NCBI RefSeq assembly: GCF_016432865.1
Contig: NC_067403.1
Coordinates: forward strand, 247,814,001-247,878,000
Source of the DNA: Antechinus flavipes
Taxonomy: Eukaryota
Direction of reading: 5' to 3'
DNA: 64,000 nt
Positions within the stretch are counted from its first letter, which is position 1; each line of letters opens with the position of its first letter. The position numbers and the translations under genes were made by a program. This document shows, one piece after another, positions 23,751 through 35,924 of the stretch. The notes under the pieces are model-generated. The model did no database searches. It worked only from the letters and a program-made list of their open reading frames with translations, and was not told the DNA's origin.

Positions 23751-25701
23751 TGGCTAAACTACAATTTTATATCAACTTATGAAGAATGTGGCTAAAGGGA
23801 GTTAATTTTCAGTTTTGCCAAGTGGAAAAATGTCAAAAAATTCTAATTCATCCAAAATGATTTAAAGTGTTTGCCATATATAAAGCATTGAACTAGATAC
23901 TGAAGATAGAAGGATAAAATGTAATAGAGTGGGCTCCCCTTAAAGAGCTCCTACTCTTTTGGAGAGTGAGAGAGGAAGAGATTTGCAAAGAGAAACACAG
24001 TACTTTGATAGTGTCAAGGGGAATATTCAAAGTACTCCGGAAAAATTTGAGGGAAAGATTGCTTTCAGCTCAAAGGATCAGAAAAAGTTCCTGCAAGTAG
24101 GTAGCAACTGATATAGGCCTTAGGAAATCAATTAATAATAACTGTAGTTCACATTTACATAGCACTCTAAGATTTGCAAATCATTGTAATCTTTTGTCTT
24201 ATTTGATCCTATCAACAACCTTGTGAAGTAGACACTATTATTTCCATTTCAGTGATAAGAAAATTGAGACACAAAGAGTTAAGTGACTTGTCAAGAGTTG
24301 CACAATTAGGAAATATCTTAGACTGGATTTGAACTAAGGTTTTCATGATGACATACATAGCATTCTACCCACTGGACAAGCAAGCTGCTTTCCCTAGCAT
24401 GCCTATTTGACGTGATTAGTTCCCAGGTGCCTTAACACATTGGGGTGGACAGAGAAAATTGAGATCTGTTCACAGTTTCCCAAATGCTGTTCTTTTTATT
24501 CTTTGGATATTCTCTGAAGCATTAGTAATTTTTTTCTTGTCCTCATCCCTGGCAGCATTTCTCAGGTGGGAAGATGACATCCTGCATTTCTTTTGGCTGC
24601 AGTGTCCAACAGAAGAAAAAACTCTTGATATCTTCCTCTCTCTACCCAGAAAATGCTCAGAGACATCAGAACAATTCTATTTTGTATTTCAGATTCTCTT
24701 GGACCCCTCACTAAACTCTCTGTGAATTAAGGGTTTCATTCTCTCTGGTGCTCTTGTGTCTCATGATCCTTGAGTACAGTGAATACATGAAAAAAAATGT
24801 TATTCAACTTTGAGTGTCAATCTGGGTGAAGTATGATTTGGGGAATACTGGAAGTCCAGACAGAGAAAACCAAGCTCTCCAGTGCTAGGAGATTACATGG
24901 GTAGAGATTTGCAAGCTTTTCTCCTTTCTCAAATTGTCCTTGACTTGTCTTTGCTCCTTCAAAAACCATCTGTTTCATAATATGTCTCTGGTAAAGCTGC
25001 TGGACTTCTAGGACAAAGTACAAAGCTTGTTGAAGGCATAGGCTGTTATTAAAAAATCAAAACTTTTTTTTTTTTTTTACCTTAGGTAAAACCAAATACC
25101 ATTGATATTGAGCTCTTCCTTATAATTAAAAAAAAAAAACAACAATCACCCAAAGCTTTTCATTTGACAGCAAAACAATTTTCTATGCTTCTGGGACTAC
25201 AATTTTTTTTTATCTTATATGACCATCGCTTAGTTCATATCCTTACAAATAGTAGGAAAATCCTGCAGGTAGAACTGATATTGGGGGAGAGGTAGAGACA
25301 GACACATTTAATACTTTATATGTTGACTATAGAAGGCCTTAACATCAAAGCAATTCCACAAGCTCTTTATCTTATCAGGCATAATAGATAGAGCTGATTT
25401 TGCTATCAGAAAACTGGGTCTGAATTTTGTCTCTGAAATTTACTACCTCTGATATAAAGATAATGGTTGTGCTTGCCATAGACTAAGATACTTGTTTAAA
25501 AAACGAAATAAAACAAAAATTGTAAGTCTTTTTGCTACACTTAAAATATAACTCCAATGACCCTAATTTCTTCTCTACTTTCAGGAACTGTCAGAAAACT
25601 CCATTAGAATTTTAATTCTTGTTGGCAGGGACTATTAAAAATTATTCTTCATAAGCATGTAATAAATGCTTTTAAAATTGATTGATATTAAATAGATTTG
25701 A

Positions 25702-26649
25702 CTATCTATTCATGCTCACAACTTTTTTCAGAGCATTTTTGACATCCTTGTTCCTAAGGGTATAAATGATGGGATTAAGCAGTGGGGTTACAAAGGTATA
25801 GACCAAAGCAAGCATTCGATCCTCTTCTTCTGTGGTACTTGATGGAGGACGGAAGTAGACTAAACTGCAGCAGCCATATTGTATCAGGACTACTGTAAGA
25901 TGGGAGGAACAGGTAGAGAAGGCTCGCTGGCGGCCCTCAGCTGAACGAATGTGCAAGATGGTGTTGGTGATGAAGACGTAGGTGATGCAGATGAGCAGGA
26001 ATGGGATGGTCAGGAGAATGATGCTTACTACATAGACAACAGCCTGGGGAATATGAGTATCAGCACAGTCCAGTCTTAGTACAGGTGGTACATCACAGAA
26101 AAAGTGCTTGATCACCCTGAGGTGCCCACAGAAGGGCAGAGTAAAGACCAGGGATGTGAGGTGCAAAGCAAGAAAAAGAGCCAGGATCAAGGAACCACCC
26201 ACCATCTGGATACACAACTTCTGGGTCATGATGAGAGTATAGTGTAAAGGATGACAGATGGCCACATAGCGGTCATATGCCATGACAGCCAATAGGAAAC
26301 AGTCAGTCCCACCGAGAGTTACAAAAAAGAACATTTGGATCCCACAGCCAGCCAAAGTGATGGGGTTCTGGGATCCAAAGATGTTAGAGAGCATTAATGG
26401 TACCAGAGTAGTGGTATAACAGATTTCCAGGAAGGATAGGTTGGACAGGAAGAAGTACATAGGGGTGTGTAAGGAGCTATGGGTGAACACAGCCCAGATA
26501 ATGGCAGTGTTCCCACAGAGAATCATCATATAAAGAAGGAGGAAGAAGCAGAAGAGGAGGGCCTGGATCCTAGGGGAAGTGCTGAACACTTGGAACACAA
26601 ATTCAGTGGGGCCAGACTGGTTGATCTGGAGAATGTAGGGAGAAGACAT
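25702..26649 (-). CDS. Olfactory receptor G3, OR10Q1-like paralogue (315 aa), sister of G2
   Basis: Intact ORF, 12 aa differences from G2 by manual alignment, with the same acceptor position. Confidence 0.93.
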   Translation of the reverse strand: MSSPYILQINQSGPTEFVFQVFSTSPRIQALLFCFFLLLYMMILCGNTAIIWAVFTHSSLHTPMYFFLSNLSFLEICYTTTLVPLMLSNIFGSQNPITLAGCGIQMFFFVTLGGTDCFLLAVMAYDRYVAICHPLHYTLIMTQKLCIQMVGGSLILALFLALHLTSLVFTLPFCGHLRVIKHFFCDVPPVLRLDCADTHIPQAVVYVVSIILLTIPFLLICITYVFITNTILHIRSAEGRQRAFSTCSSHLTVVLIQYGCCSLVYFRPPSSTTEEEDRMLALVYTFVTPLLNPIIYTLRNKDVKNALKKVVSMNR

Positions 26650-28298
26650 CTCTTACCTGCCAAAGAAAAATAGAAAAATTGGTCCAGTTACTTGATATAG
26701 CCAAAAATGAAATCATAGCTTTGTGGAATCCACAGGGACTTTTATAGATCACCTTAGAAAAATCATCCTACATTTCTGTGTGTTAATATTTTTTTTTACC
26801 TATTTGGTTAAGCTTTTACCCTCTAAGGTCTCTTGCAATTTTGATTTTTTGTGTTCAATATTCTAACATGAAGAAATCAAACAGATGATTTTTGATAGGA
26901 ATTTTAGCTTTGACATTCTATATTCTATTTTTTAAAATGGCTTCATGGTGATGTCCTTGGTTTAAATAATAGATATTCTGCTTCTTCCTCATTTTCAGAA
27001 AGTCATCTTTTATGACAAATAATTTAATAATAATTGTGGTTGTTTTGTTGCTGTTCAGATGTTTGATTACATCTGCTTCTTTGTGTCCTCATGGACCAAA
27101 GCTTGCCAGACCCTACTAAGCTCTACTCCTTTTCAAAGTCTTTCCAAGTTCACGTTCATTGTTTCCATCACACTAGCCATCCATTTTATCCTTTGCCATT
27201 TTTATGTTCTAGATTGCATATTATTTTTAGATTGCATATTAATTTTGAACTAATCATGGAGTGTAGTACAAGATGTTAGACTAAGCCCCAAATCTCTAGG
27301 TGGTTTTCAAGTTTTTAAATGATATTCTAATGAATAAAGAATTCTTTCCTATGTAATTTTTGTTTTTAGGTTGATCACATATGTTTTACTTTCCTTGGTT
27401 TCTGTTTCCCATTGAACTTTTATATTTTTTGACCTGTGTCAAGTGGTTTTGATATTGTTAGTTTTTAATAGATTCTAAATTCTAGGTCATTTCCAAACCT
27501 GTTTTTTCTAAGATTTTTTTCCACCTTTCCCATTCTTTATGAATCTATCTATTAGACATTTCTATTGATGTTTAAGAGGATAATTATTTTTTTACCTTTC
27601 CGATAGCAAAACTCTAAAATGAGTTGCTAACAGAATTGGATCTAGAAGGTACATTAGTGAACTCCTAGCCTAACTCCTTATTTGATAGAAAAGTTAATTA
27701 GATTCTTGAGAGGTCAAAAAACTAAGCTAGAGTCAAAGAACTAGTAAATAAGAGCCAGGATTTCAATCCAGATTCTTTGACTCTAAATGCTCTTTTTCTT
27801 TCACTTCAAGATGTGAAGAATATGGTTACTGCTCATGAATATCATAGATACTCATGGAAATGCAATGGTGTCAAACTCAAATAGAAATAGGGGCCACTAA
27901 ATGACACATAAAGATACTTATCGACTGTATTTTGACTTAGAAAACCACATATTAACATTATCTATTTTCTATTGATTTTTATTTATTTTGTTAAATGTAT
28001 TCCATTACATTTAATTTTAGGTAGAGCCACACATAGTAGCAATATATTTGACATCTGTATATCACACCCCCATTACAGGCAGGGAGACTGAGGATCATAG
28101 AATTTAAATTATTCATTTGGTATTCTGAATTCTAAGGTCATTTCTGACTCTTCACTGTTTTCTATTCTTAAAAACAAACAGGCATTTGATGCAGGAGTTC
28201 TCGTATGGATTATTTTTTCCTTAAATTTTGTCCTACTCCTTTCTCACAACACCATGTTTTAAAGATAAAAGTGTTGAGAAACCAGACTTAAATCTTAC

Positions 28299-28447
28299 AT
28301 TGTAGAGACTCTTTTCCAGGATTGTAACAACAGCAGCAACAGCAGCAGCAGCAGCACAGCAACGACAGCAATAATAAAGATAAAGATACTTTTATGAACT
28401 TTTCTGACTATGTACATGGCTTACCAGTGGTTCTGCAAGTGCCATGA
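28299..28447 (-). other. Candidate 149-nt 5'UTR exon of G3 containing a 17-aa uORF
   Basis: Acceptor gcttttatag (28449-28448). Donor AAT/GTAAGA (28298-28297). Paralogous to 17108-17244. Confidence 0.45.
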
Positions 28448-29059
28448 CTATAAAAGCAACAATTGTAAGAGAAGGAAAAATGAAGAAAGAGATTAAAGAT
28501 AAAATACAAGAAAGAAGGTTAAGAAAGAAAGCTGTTAACTGCTTCCAGAAAAATAAGTATAAGAGAAGTATGTATGGAATAATTTTACATATTTGTATAT
28601 ACACGTGTGTGTGCTCTTGTGTGTTGTATGGTTAGGTATTTCTAGAGTAGGGGAGAGTGGAAAAATGATGGAGCTCAAGCATCATCTTTTGCAGAGAGCT
28701 CTTCATGATCCCACCAAGAGCTAGTATCTTCTCTCCCAAACTAATTTCTGTTTAAATAATTGGAATATATTTATATTTGAGATCATATATTTATAGAAAC
28801 ATATTATACCTATTTATTTGTTTATACTTGTTTCCTCTTTTGGATGCAAGCCACTTGAGAGTAGGGATCATTTCATTATTTGTACTTGTATCTTCTGTTC
28901 CCAGAATAGTACTTACCATAGTATAAACAGATGGTGCTACTTGTTTATTGTAAAGGTAAAGGGTTGGATAAGACCTCTGATCTTCCTTGAATGTTCTAAA
29001 TCTAAGATCCTATGATCTCTTGGGATCAAATTTTCCTCCCAAACAGTAGACTAACTGAT

Positions 29060-29410
29060 TGGATTGTGAACTAGGGACTCTGGATTTAGGATTTCCTAAT
29101 AGAACCATTTTTTAAAACAGATTAAAGAGATATGGGTCATGTCATGCCCCAAGGGAAGCTGTTTCACCATTGCAACCCCTAGTTTGGGTTGTTCAGTTCA
29201 ACCCAGGCAGCTGGACTTAGTGCTGTTTGCTAGGGTTGTAGAATCTGAGACTACAAGGGATGGTCTATATAGGGGAAAAGAAGTATTCAGGATTGGATCA
29301 TAATATGACTCCTTCCTCTCAAGTATCTGATGGATCAAAGTTGGAGTTCAGCCTGGAGCTGTCTGGGCTACCTGAAGAGCTCTCCATTGATTGAGCCAAC
29401 AAATATTTAT
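29060..29410. promoter_or_regulatory. Module B, copy upstream of G3
   Basis: GGGACTCTG 29074-29082, EBF-type CCCCAAGGGA 29147-29156, CAGCTG 29208-29213. Confidence 0.45.
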
Positions 29411-31064
29411 TGCCTGACTGCTATGTGCCTGCCATAGCTATGGTACTGTATGGGATAAAAAGGAAGAACAGATGTGCCCTGAGAATTCAGAATCATAGTA
29501 TGTTAGAGCTTGGAGAGACCTTAGAGCACAGAATGTTAGAGCTGGGAAGGAACCTGGAAAAGGGCATGTTAGAACTGGAAGAATACAAGGTCAAAGCAAG
29601 GAGGGACCTTAGAAAAGGGAATTTCAGAATAAGAAGGAACTTTTAAAATAAAATCTCAATGTGATAGAGACCTTTAAACTTAAAGGATGAACTGTATCAC
29701 AGCTAAAATATATCTTAGAGATCTCCGAATTTAATATCATCATTTTATAGGTGAGAAAATTAAAGATCAGAAAGAGAAAATGACATACTCCAGTTGTGAA
29801 TTCCATAGCACAGATTGATTAGAACCCAGGAAACCTTAATCCATCATTCTTTCTTCTACACTACTCAGTTGGTATAATCTCTTATTAATCAACCAAGAAG
29901 CATTATTATTATATATTGTTGTTTGTCCTTCATTCTTGAAGAGGACCATGAGAAGTGATTCTATGACATGCAATTGAATTGAACCTACTTCAAACCAGAC
30001 ATAGTACTAAATCCTAGAGGTACAATTACAAATAAACTTTTTTGATGAGGTGCTGACAATCTAACAGAGGAGAGAGCAAATAAATATAAAATGTATGTAG
30101 CATTAATACAAACTGAATTAATATACATTTTTATTAAATATAAGGTAATTTAGAAAGGGAAAGCCCAATAGTTTGGAGGAATAAGGAAAAGCTTTTTGCA
30201 GAAGACTGTGCTCAAACTGGGTCATAAAGGAAGAGAAAGATTCTATGAGGTGGAATTGAGGAGAAAGTTCTTTCCAAGCATGTAAGGTAGCTTATGCAAA
30301 GATGCAGAGATGGTAGAAGTGTAAGGGACAGAGAGAAGACCAGTTTGGCTGGACAAGAATCCAGAAGGAAGAACAATGGATTATTCTAAACTTTTGGAAA
30401 CAACTGCAATATTGGGCAATAGAAAGCAAGTCAGTTGATACTGGATTTAGGTCAAGAACCAGATCCTGAACTAATTCTGGATGTCAGCATTTTTTAAAAA
30501 GTAAAATGGGATTTTGTGTTCAATATCCTTAAAGATAAGTGCCACTTCTCATAAGACTGAAATCTCTGACATCCCTCCTCCTTCCTGAGGACCAGGAGTT
30601 GGGGCTATTGACAAAATGACTCAAGCTGATGCCAGAAAAACTTAGTCTAGAGAAAAAGGTCCTGGATTTGGAGTCAGAGAATCTTGGATTCAATCTTGAA
30701 TCTTCTTGGGCAAGTCATTATGGAATTATGGATCTGTAGGATTGAGGCTTTCTAGTCAAAATCCTCTCATTATAGAAGAGGAAATTAAGATCTAGAATGG
30801 GTAAGTGATCTAAGATTATAGGATCATTGACCTAGAGCTGGAAGAGACCTAAAAAACCAGTTAGTGCAAAAACCTTCATTGTACAAATGAGAAACTGACA
30901 CTCAGACAGGACAAATGATTTGCTCAGTTACAGAGGTCATGAGTATGAGAGGAGATATTTGAACCAAGGTCCTGTGACCAAGGAGCCCATATTCTTCTCT
31001 CTATGAATCTCAGTTTTCTTCTCTGCAAAATAAATGGGTTGGATGTAAACAATAATCTTCCCTT

Positions 31065-31390
31065 TTTAATTTTTTAATAGTATTTATACAAGCAAAGATA
31101 ATTTTCAACACTACCTTTTGCAAAACCTTGTGTTCCAAAATTTTCTCCTTGTCTCTCTTCTTCCTCTCCTAAAGAGCAAACAATCCAAAATAGTTTAGAC
31201 AGTTCGATTCTTCTAAACATTTTTTCCCATATTCATCATGCTGCACCCCCAAAAAATCAGATCAAGAAGGGAAAAAACATGAGAAAGAAAAAACAACCAA
31301 CCAACAACAACAACAAAAAAGGTGAAAGTACTATACTTTGATTTACATTCAAAGACCATAGTTCTTTCTTTGGATGTGGATCATAAGACT
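31065..31390 (-). mobile_element. Marsupial L1 3'UTR fragment
   Basis: Reverse complement resembles 32750-33060 (gttccaaaatttt, aaaaccttg, ttttcaaca motifs). Confidence 0.65.
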
Positions 31391-31709
31391 ATTGGAAATG
31401 CTTTTCTCATTTCAACTAGTAGTTATCAAAGTGTGTTTGGTAACCTCTAAGTTCCTTGAAATCTTTTTAGGGTTTCTGTAAGGTCAAAAAATTTCCACAA
31501 AATTTCTAAGACATTTTAATTTTTGATATATTAATAACTATAACTAAAATAAACAAAAAATCTTTAGGGTCTCAATGATTTTGCAGAGCATAAGGGGGTT
31601 CTGTGAGTAGCACTAGAGTAGGTGATCTCTAAGATTCTTCCAACTCTAAATCCCAATATCTTTATTTAGTCAATTAAACAAAAATAAAGAAAAAAAATTA
31701 TATTCCCTT

Positions 31710-32415
31710 ACCACTATTCAGTGACTCTGACTCCATCAGCCATTTAAGGAAAATCGTTGTTTCATGGGCCTTTGTCTTGAGATGCTCCAGAGACAGTGTT
31801 CATAAAACACTTTGCAATTCTCAACTTCTTGTTGAGCTAAATGGAATGAGAACCCATGACATTCAAAGGAAGTAGGGTTTCCTGTAAAGGAGAGACCTTG
31901 GCTGGTGCAGGTACTCCCTGCCTCTGCTTTCTGGCTGGATTTCATTCAGTTGCAAATGGATAAAAATTTCAGTGTCCTTCACAAGCTAAGAGCCTTCAAG
32001 TACAATTGCTTTTTGGGTAAAGATCAACAGAGTTTTCTTAGATTGTGGTACAAGTGTATTCCCTGCATCAAGTAACCCAGTTATTTGACACAGTACCTCT
32101 ATCCATCAACAGGATAGACATTGTCTTCTTATCCAGGTTATTTTGGGCTCTCTTTGGGTTATTTCTCAGGGGAATGATTCGGTGAATCACATGTTTTTCC
32201 CTAGAGCTGTCTTAAAGTGGGTTTGAGATTTGGGGAAAGCTTTCTGAATAGAGGACAACAAAGACAAAGTTAATGGGCAGTCACATCCTCCAGGGTTTTA
32301 TCTGTGGAGGCCACAGGTGGTATGTGGGGAATAGGAGGAAATAAGTTTGCATTCCAATCTGGTCCCCAGCAGAGGCTTAATCTGTGTATCAATAATTCTC
32401 TCCCAGGGGAATGTT
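31710..32415 (-). promoter_or_regulatory. Module A copy 3: putative promoter and exon 1 of G3
   Basis: Donor GTG/GTAAGG (31711-31710), TCTCAGGGGA 32164-32173, TAATGG 32271-32276, perfect EBF-type TCCCAGGGGA 32401-32410. Confidence 0.65.
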
Positions 32416-32749
32416 AAAGATGCAAATTTATGGAGACTTAAGATTCCTGAAAATTTTAACATTGTGGAAAGAGTTTTTGTATGAGAAGGGAGGGGAAGCA
32501 GGAAAGTGGTGGAGAATCACAAGTCCTGGATGATAGTTGGTTTTTAGATCTTTTAGCTCATTCATTTTTCAATAAATACTGCCATACATTACATTGATCC
32601 TTGTTTTATAACCAATAAATTCAAATAAACAGAATTCACTTTAAAAATGATTTCTTTGAATATTTCATGCAGCTCTAGAACTATCATTTTTATCCAATAA
32701 TAGCCCTTAATAAAGTGCTTGTTAATGAGATGATTTAGGCAATTCTAAT

Positions 32750-33060
32750 AGACTTGTGTTGGAAAGTGCCATTTGCATCCAGGGAGAGAACTATGGAGAT
32801 GAATGTGGATCAAAGCATAGTATTTTCATCTTATTATTGTGATGGTTTGCTTGTTTTTCTTTTTCTTTTGATTTTCTTTTTCTTGCATAGCACAACAAAT
32901 ATGGAAATATTTGGAAGAATGGAACATATTTAGCCTATAGCTGTTGTCTTGGAGAGAGGATGGGGGGAGAAAGGAAGAAAAATTTGGAACACAAGATTTT
33001 GCAAAGGTGAATGTTGAAAACTATCTTTGCATGTATTTGGAAAAATAAAATACCATTAAG
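32750..33060 (+). mobile_element. Marsupial L1 3'UTR fragment
   Basis: catccagggagagaactatggag...ttggaacacaagattttgcaaaggtgaatgttgaaaactatc...aaaaataaaa. Confidence 0.7.
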
Positions 33061-33776
33061 TGTGGAAATAGCTTTCGAATGGGAAAAAAGTGTTGCTTGA
33101 ATGAATAAATGATTTATAATTATTTCTATTTTACTTCTCTAAAAATCTCTACATTTAATGAAATCAGAGGTTTGGAGCTTCTCTAAACTTCATTATCTTC
33201 TCCAGTGTCATTAGCACAGGGCTTGAAGTAGAGTGGATTTTAGGTATAGTGTAGTTTCTAGATTTCTTATGGAGTGTCATAGCTGAACTATTTGTAATGG
33301 CTCTACTTGCCTCAAATCTCTCCCCACTTCAATCCATCCTCCATTCAGTCTCTAAAGTGATGTTCCTAAAGTTGAGTTCTATCATACCCTCCCACCTCAC
33401 ACTCAACAAACTCCAGTGTCTCTCTATGGTCTCAAGGATCAAATATCAAATTTTCTGCTGACATCCTAAACTTTTCATAACTTAACTTATTGTTGCCTTT
33501 GAAGTCTTCTTATACTTTACTCTTAAATATTTAGTTTTTGATCCAGTGATTTTTATCTTCTGATTGTTTCATTAACAAGATCCTTTCTCTCTTGATTCTA
33601 TATATTTCCTGTGGCTGTCCCCAGTGCATGAAATGTTCTCTCTCCTTTGTCCCATCTGCTGCCCTCCTTCGCTTTCTTTAAATCCCAACTAAAATTTCCT
33701 TTTTTAATTGGAAACCTTCCACACCTTCATTTAATTAGACTTTGTTTCTTCTGTTATTTCCTAGTTAGCTTAAGTA

Positions 33777-34799
33777 GAGGATTCTAGGTAGCAGAATTGG
33801 CAAGCAGATTGTTAAATTCCAAGCTCTTCAGATTTCCTCCACAAACAGAACAAATTTATGCTTCAGGTTGAACATAGGTGGGTGAAAAACAAATAAGATT
33901 TGGGGCAGAACACCAGTCCTTCTAGGATAACCTGAGAAACTCGAAGAAAGACCTCAGGCTAGGATTAATCTATGTGTAGTGCAAATACCTCTGGGCTAGC
34001 TCTGAAGAAAGAGCAAGTGAGAACCCCTGGTGCTAATGGGCTTTGGCTGGAGCCTTAGCTCAAACCACAAGAACTTTCACTTCCGGGACAGTAAGAGGAG
34101 TCCAGGATCTAAGGGAGCCTCTGCTGATTAGGAACCCCAGGCCCAGCTGTGTTGTGATGCTAGCCTCGGGGAGAAAGATCCAGCAAAGGTAAGTGCAGAA
34201 GTAGGGGAACAGGGACACTACTGAGTGTTGGCATTTTCAGCAGGGGGGGAGGCTCTTGGTTTGAGGTTCCAGGTCACAAGGGAGAGCTGAAGTGAACTCT
34301 AGAACACTATCCCTCCACTTCACGATTTGAAGTGCTTACATTTAGTTCTTACTGAAAAAAATGAATTAGCAAAGAAGAAAGATCTCAAGGAGAGAAACTT
34401 ACTAATAAAGACAACAAGGATTCATGCTGAGAGACATTAAAAAAAAGCCTCTCCTACTCCAAAGAGTAAAGTTAAATTGCTCCCTGCCCAGAAAGAATTT
34501 TTTAGAACTCAAAAAGATTTCAAAAATCAAATGAGAGAGATTAAGGAAAAACAAACAAACAAACAAACAAACAAACAAACAAACAAAAAAAAAAAAACCA
34601 AAAAACACTACAAGACTAAAACAAAACAAAACAAAATCCAAGAAAAACAAAATTATTAAAAAAGGTAATTAACTAAAAACAGAGATCCAGAATCTTAAGG
34701 AAAATTCTTTAAAAATTATAATTGGGGAAACCAATAAAGTGGTGAGACCAAGAAACAAAATATAAGGAAAGAAAAAAAATAGAACAGAATATGAAACAA
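33777..34799 (+). mobile_element. L1 5'UTR plus start of ORF1, 3'-truncated, no poly(A)
   Basis: Coiled-coil ORF1-like peptide (AQKEFFRTQKDFKNQMREIKEK). Flanked by direct repeat CTTAAGTA (33769-33776 / 34800-34807). Interrupts an L2 that is uninterrupted in paralogous units. Confidence 0.72.
34547..34636 (+). repeat. (AAAC)n / A-rich expansion inside the L1 ORF1 remnant
   Basis: Direct reading. Confidence 0.9.
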
Positions 34800-35924
34800 C
34801 TTAAGTAAAACTTGCTTGCATATATTTATTTGTGAGTGTTTTTTCTCCTATTAGCTTGTAAAGTCCTTGAAGTCAGGGACTATGTTTTGCTTTTTTTGTG
34901 TGTCTTTAATCCTAACATAGAGCTTGGCATTCAGCAGGTGCTTAATAAACACTGATTGTTGATTACCTAGACACCTGGTCTCAGAGACAGGAAAGCTGAT
35001 TTCAGTTTCTACTTTTGAAAGATTTTGTCTGTGTTATTCTGTGTAAGTCATTTCCCCTCTTGCTCTAAGAAAAGTAATCACATCAGAATTCTTATTTCTT
35101 TTGGAGAGCACTGCTCATTGATTAGCATATAGTTCCATTTAACTATCTTGTGACTAATTTCTCCTATGCCCCACAGAAAACTTTAGTCCTCCTTTTGTTC
35201 TGTCTCTCTTATTAGAATATAATCTGTGAGGCATTTAAATGGCAAAATGAATATATCACTTTTTTTTAAGTGAGGAAGACTTGAATTCAAGTCTGGCTTC
35301 AGATATTTATGAACAGTATGACTGTGGGCAAGTTAAGAAGAAATTACAAAAATATACCAGGGACTAATGGCAGCGGGGTGAAAATACTGTAACATGCCTC
35401 TATTTTTATCTGACCTAGAAGCACTTAGTTATCCTAGTCACTCAAAAGCTACCAGGCAGAGAATTATTATCTGTTCAAATTATATATATGCACAATCAGT
35501 TCTCAATGAACTCAGCAATCAACTAATTTTTTCCTTCACTACCCACTATATCAAAATTTAAAAACCTATTTTATGTGTAATTTTTATATGTAAATAAAAT
35601 ATTAAAAAGAAAAAGATTCTACAACATATCATAAAATGGCTATCCTGCTTCAAGAGAAAAATAAGATTAGGATCTAAGAGGGTTGGGATGCATGAAACAA
35701 GAGCATTGGGGTCTTATTGAAATATATCTATTTGCCTAAATTTGCATACAGAGCTTTGGATAGAAATTATAGTTTTTTTTTCTATCAAGGGAAATGGATT
35801 AATGATGTGGTGCTTCCTGAAAAAACTTAGTGGTACTTTGCACCTGCTTAAAATCCTGACCTTCTAATTGTTCACTATTTCCACAAAGGACAGCCAACTG
35901 TTTCACTGATATGGTTTCATGATT

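Larger units (their letters stand above)
18955..30174. repeat. Segmental duplication A, copy 2 (~11.2 kb, contains G3)
   Basis: Head-to-tail with copy 1. Sequence left of 18954 aligns to about 30174 and sequence right of 18955 aligns to 5222. Confidence 0.92.

Noticed and set aside
35352-35370. CCAGGGACTAATGG as an isolated EBF/HD composite enhancer
   Set aside because: Single short match with no paralogous or flanking support in AT-rich DNA.
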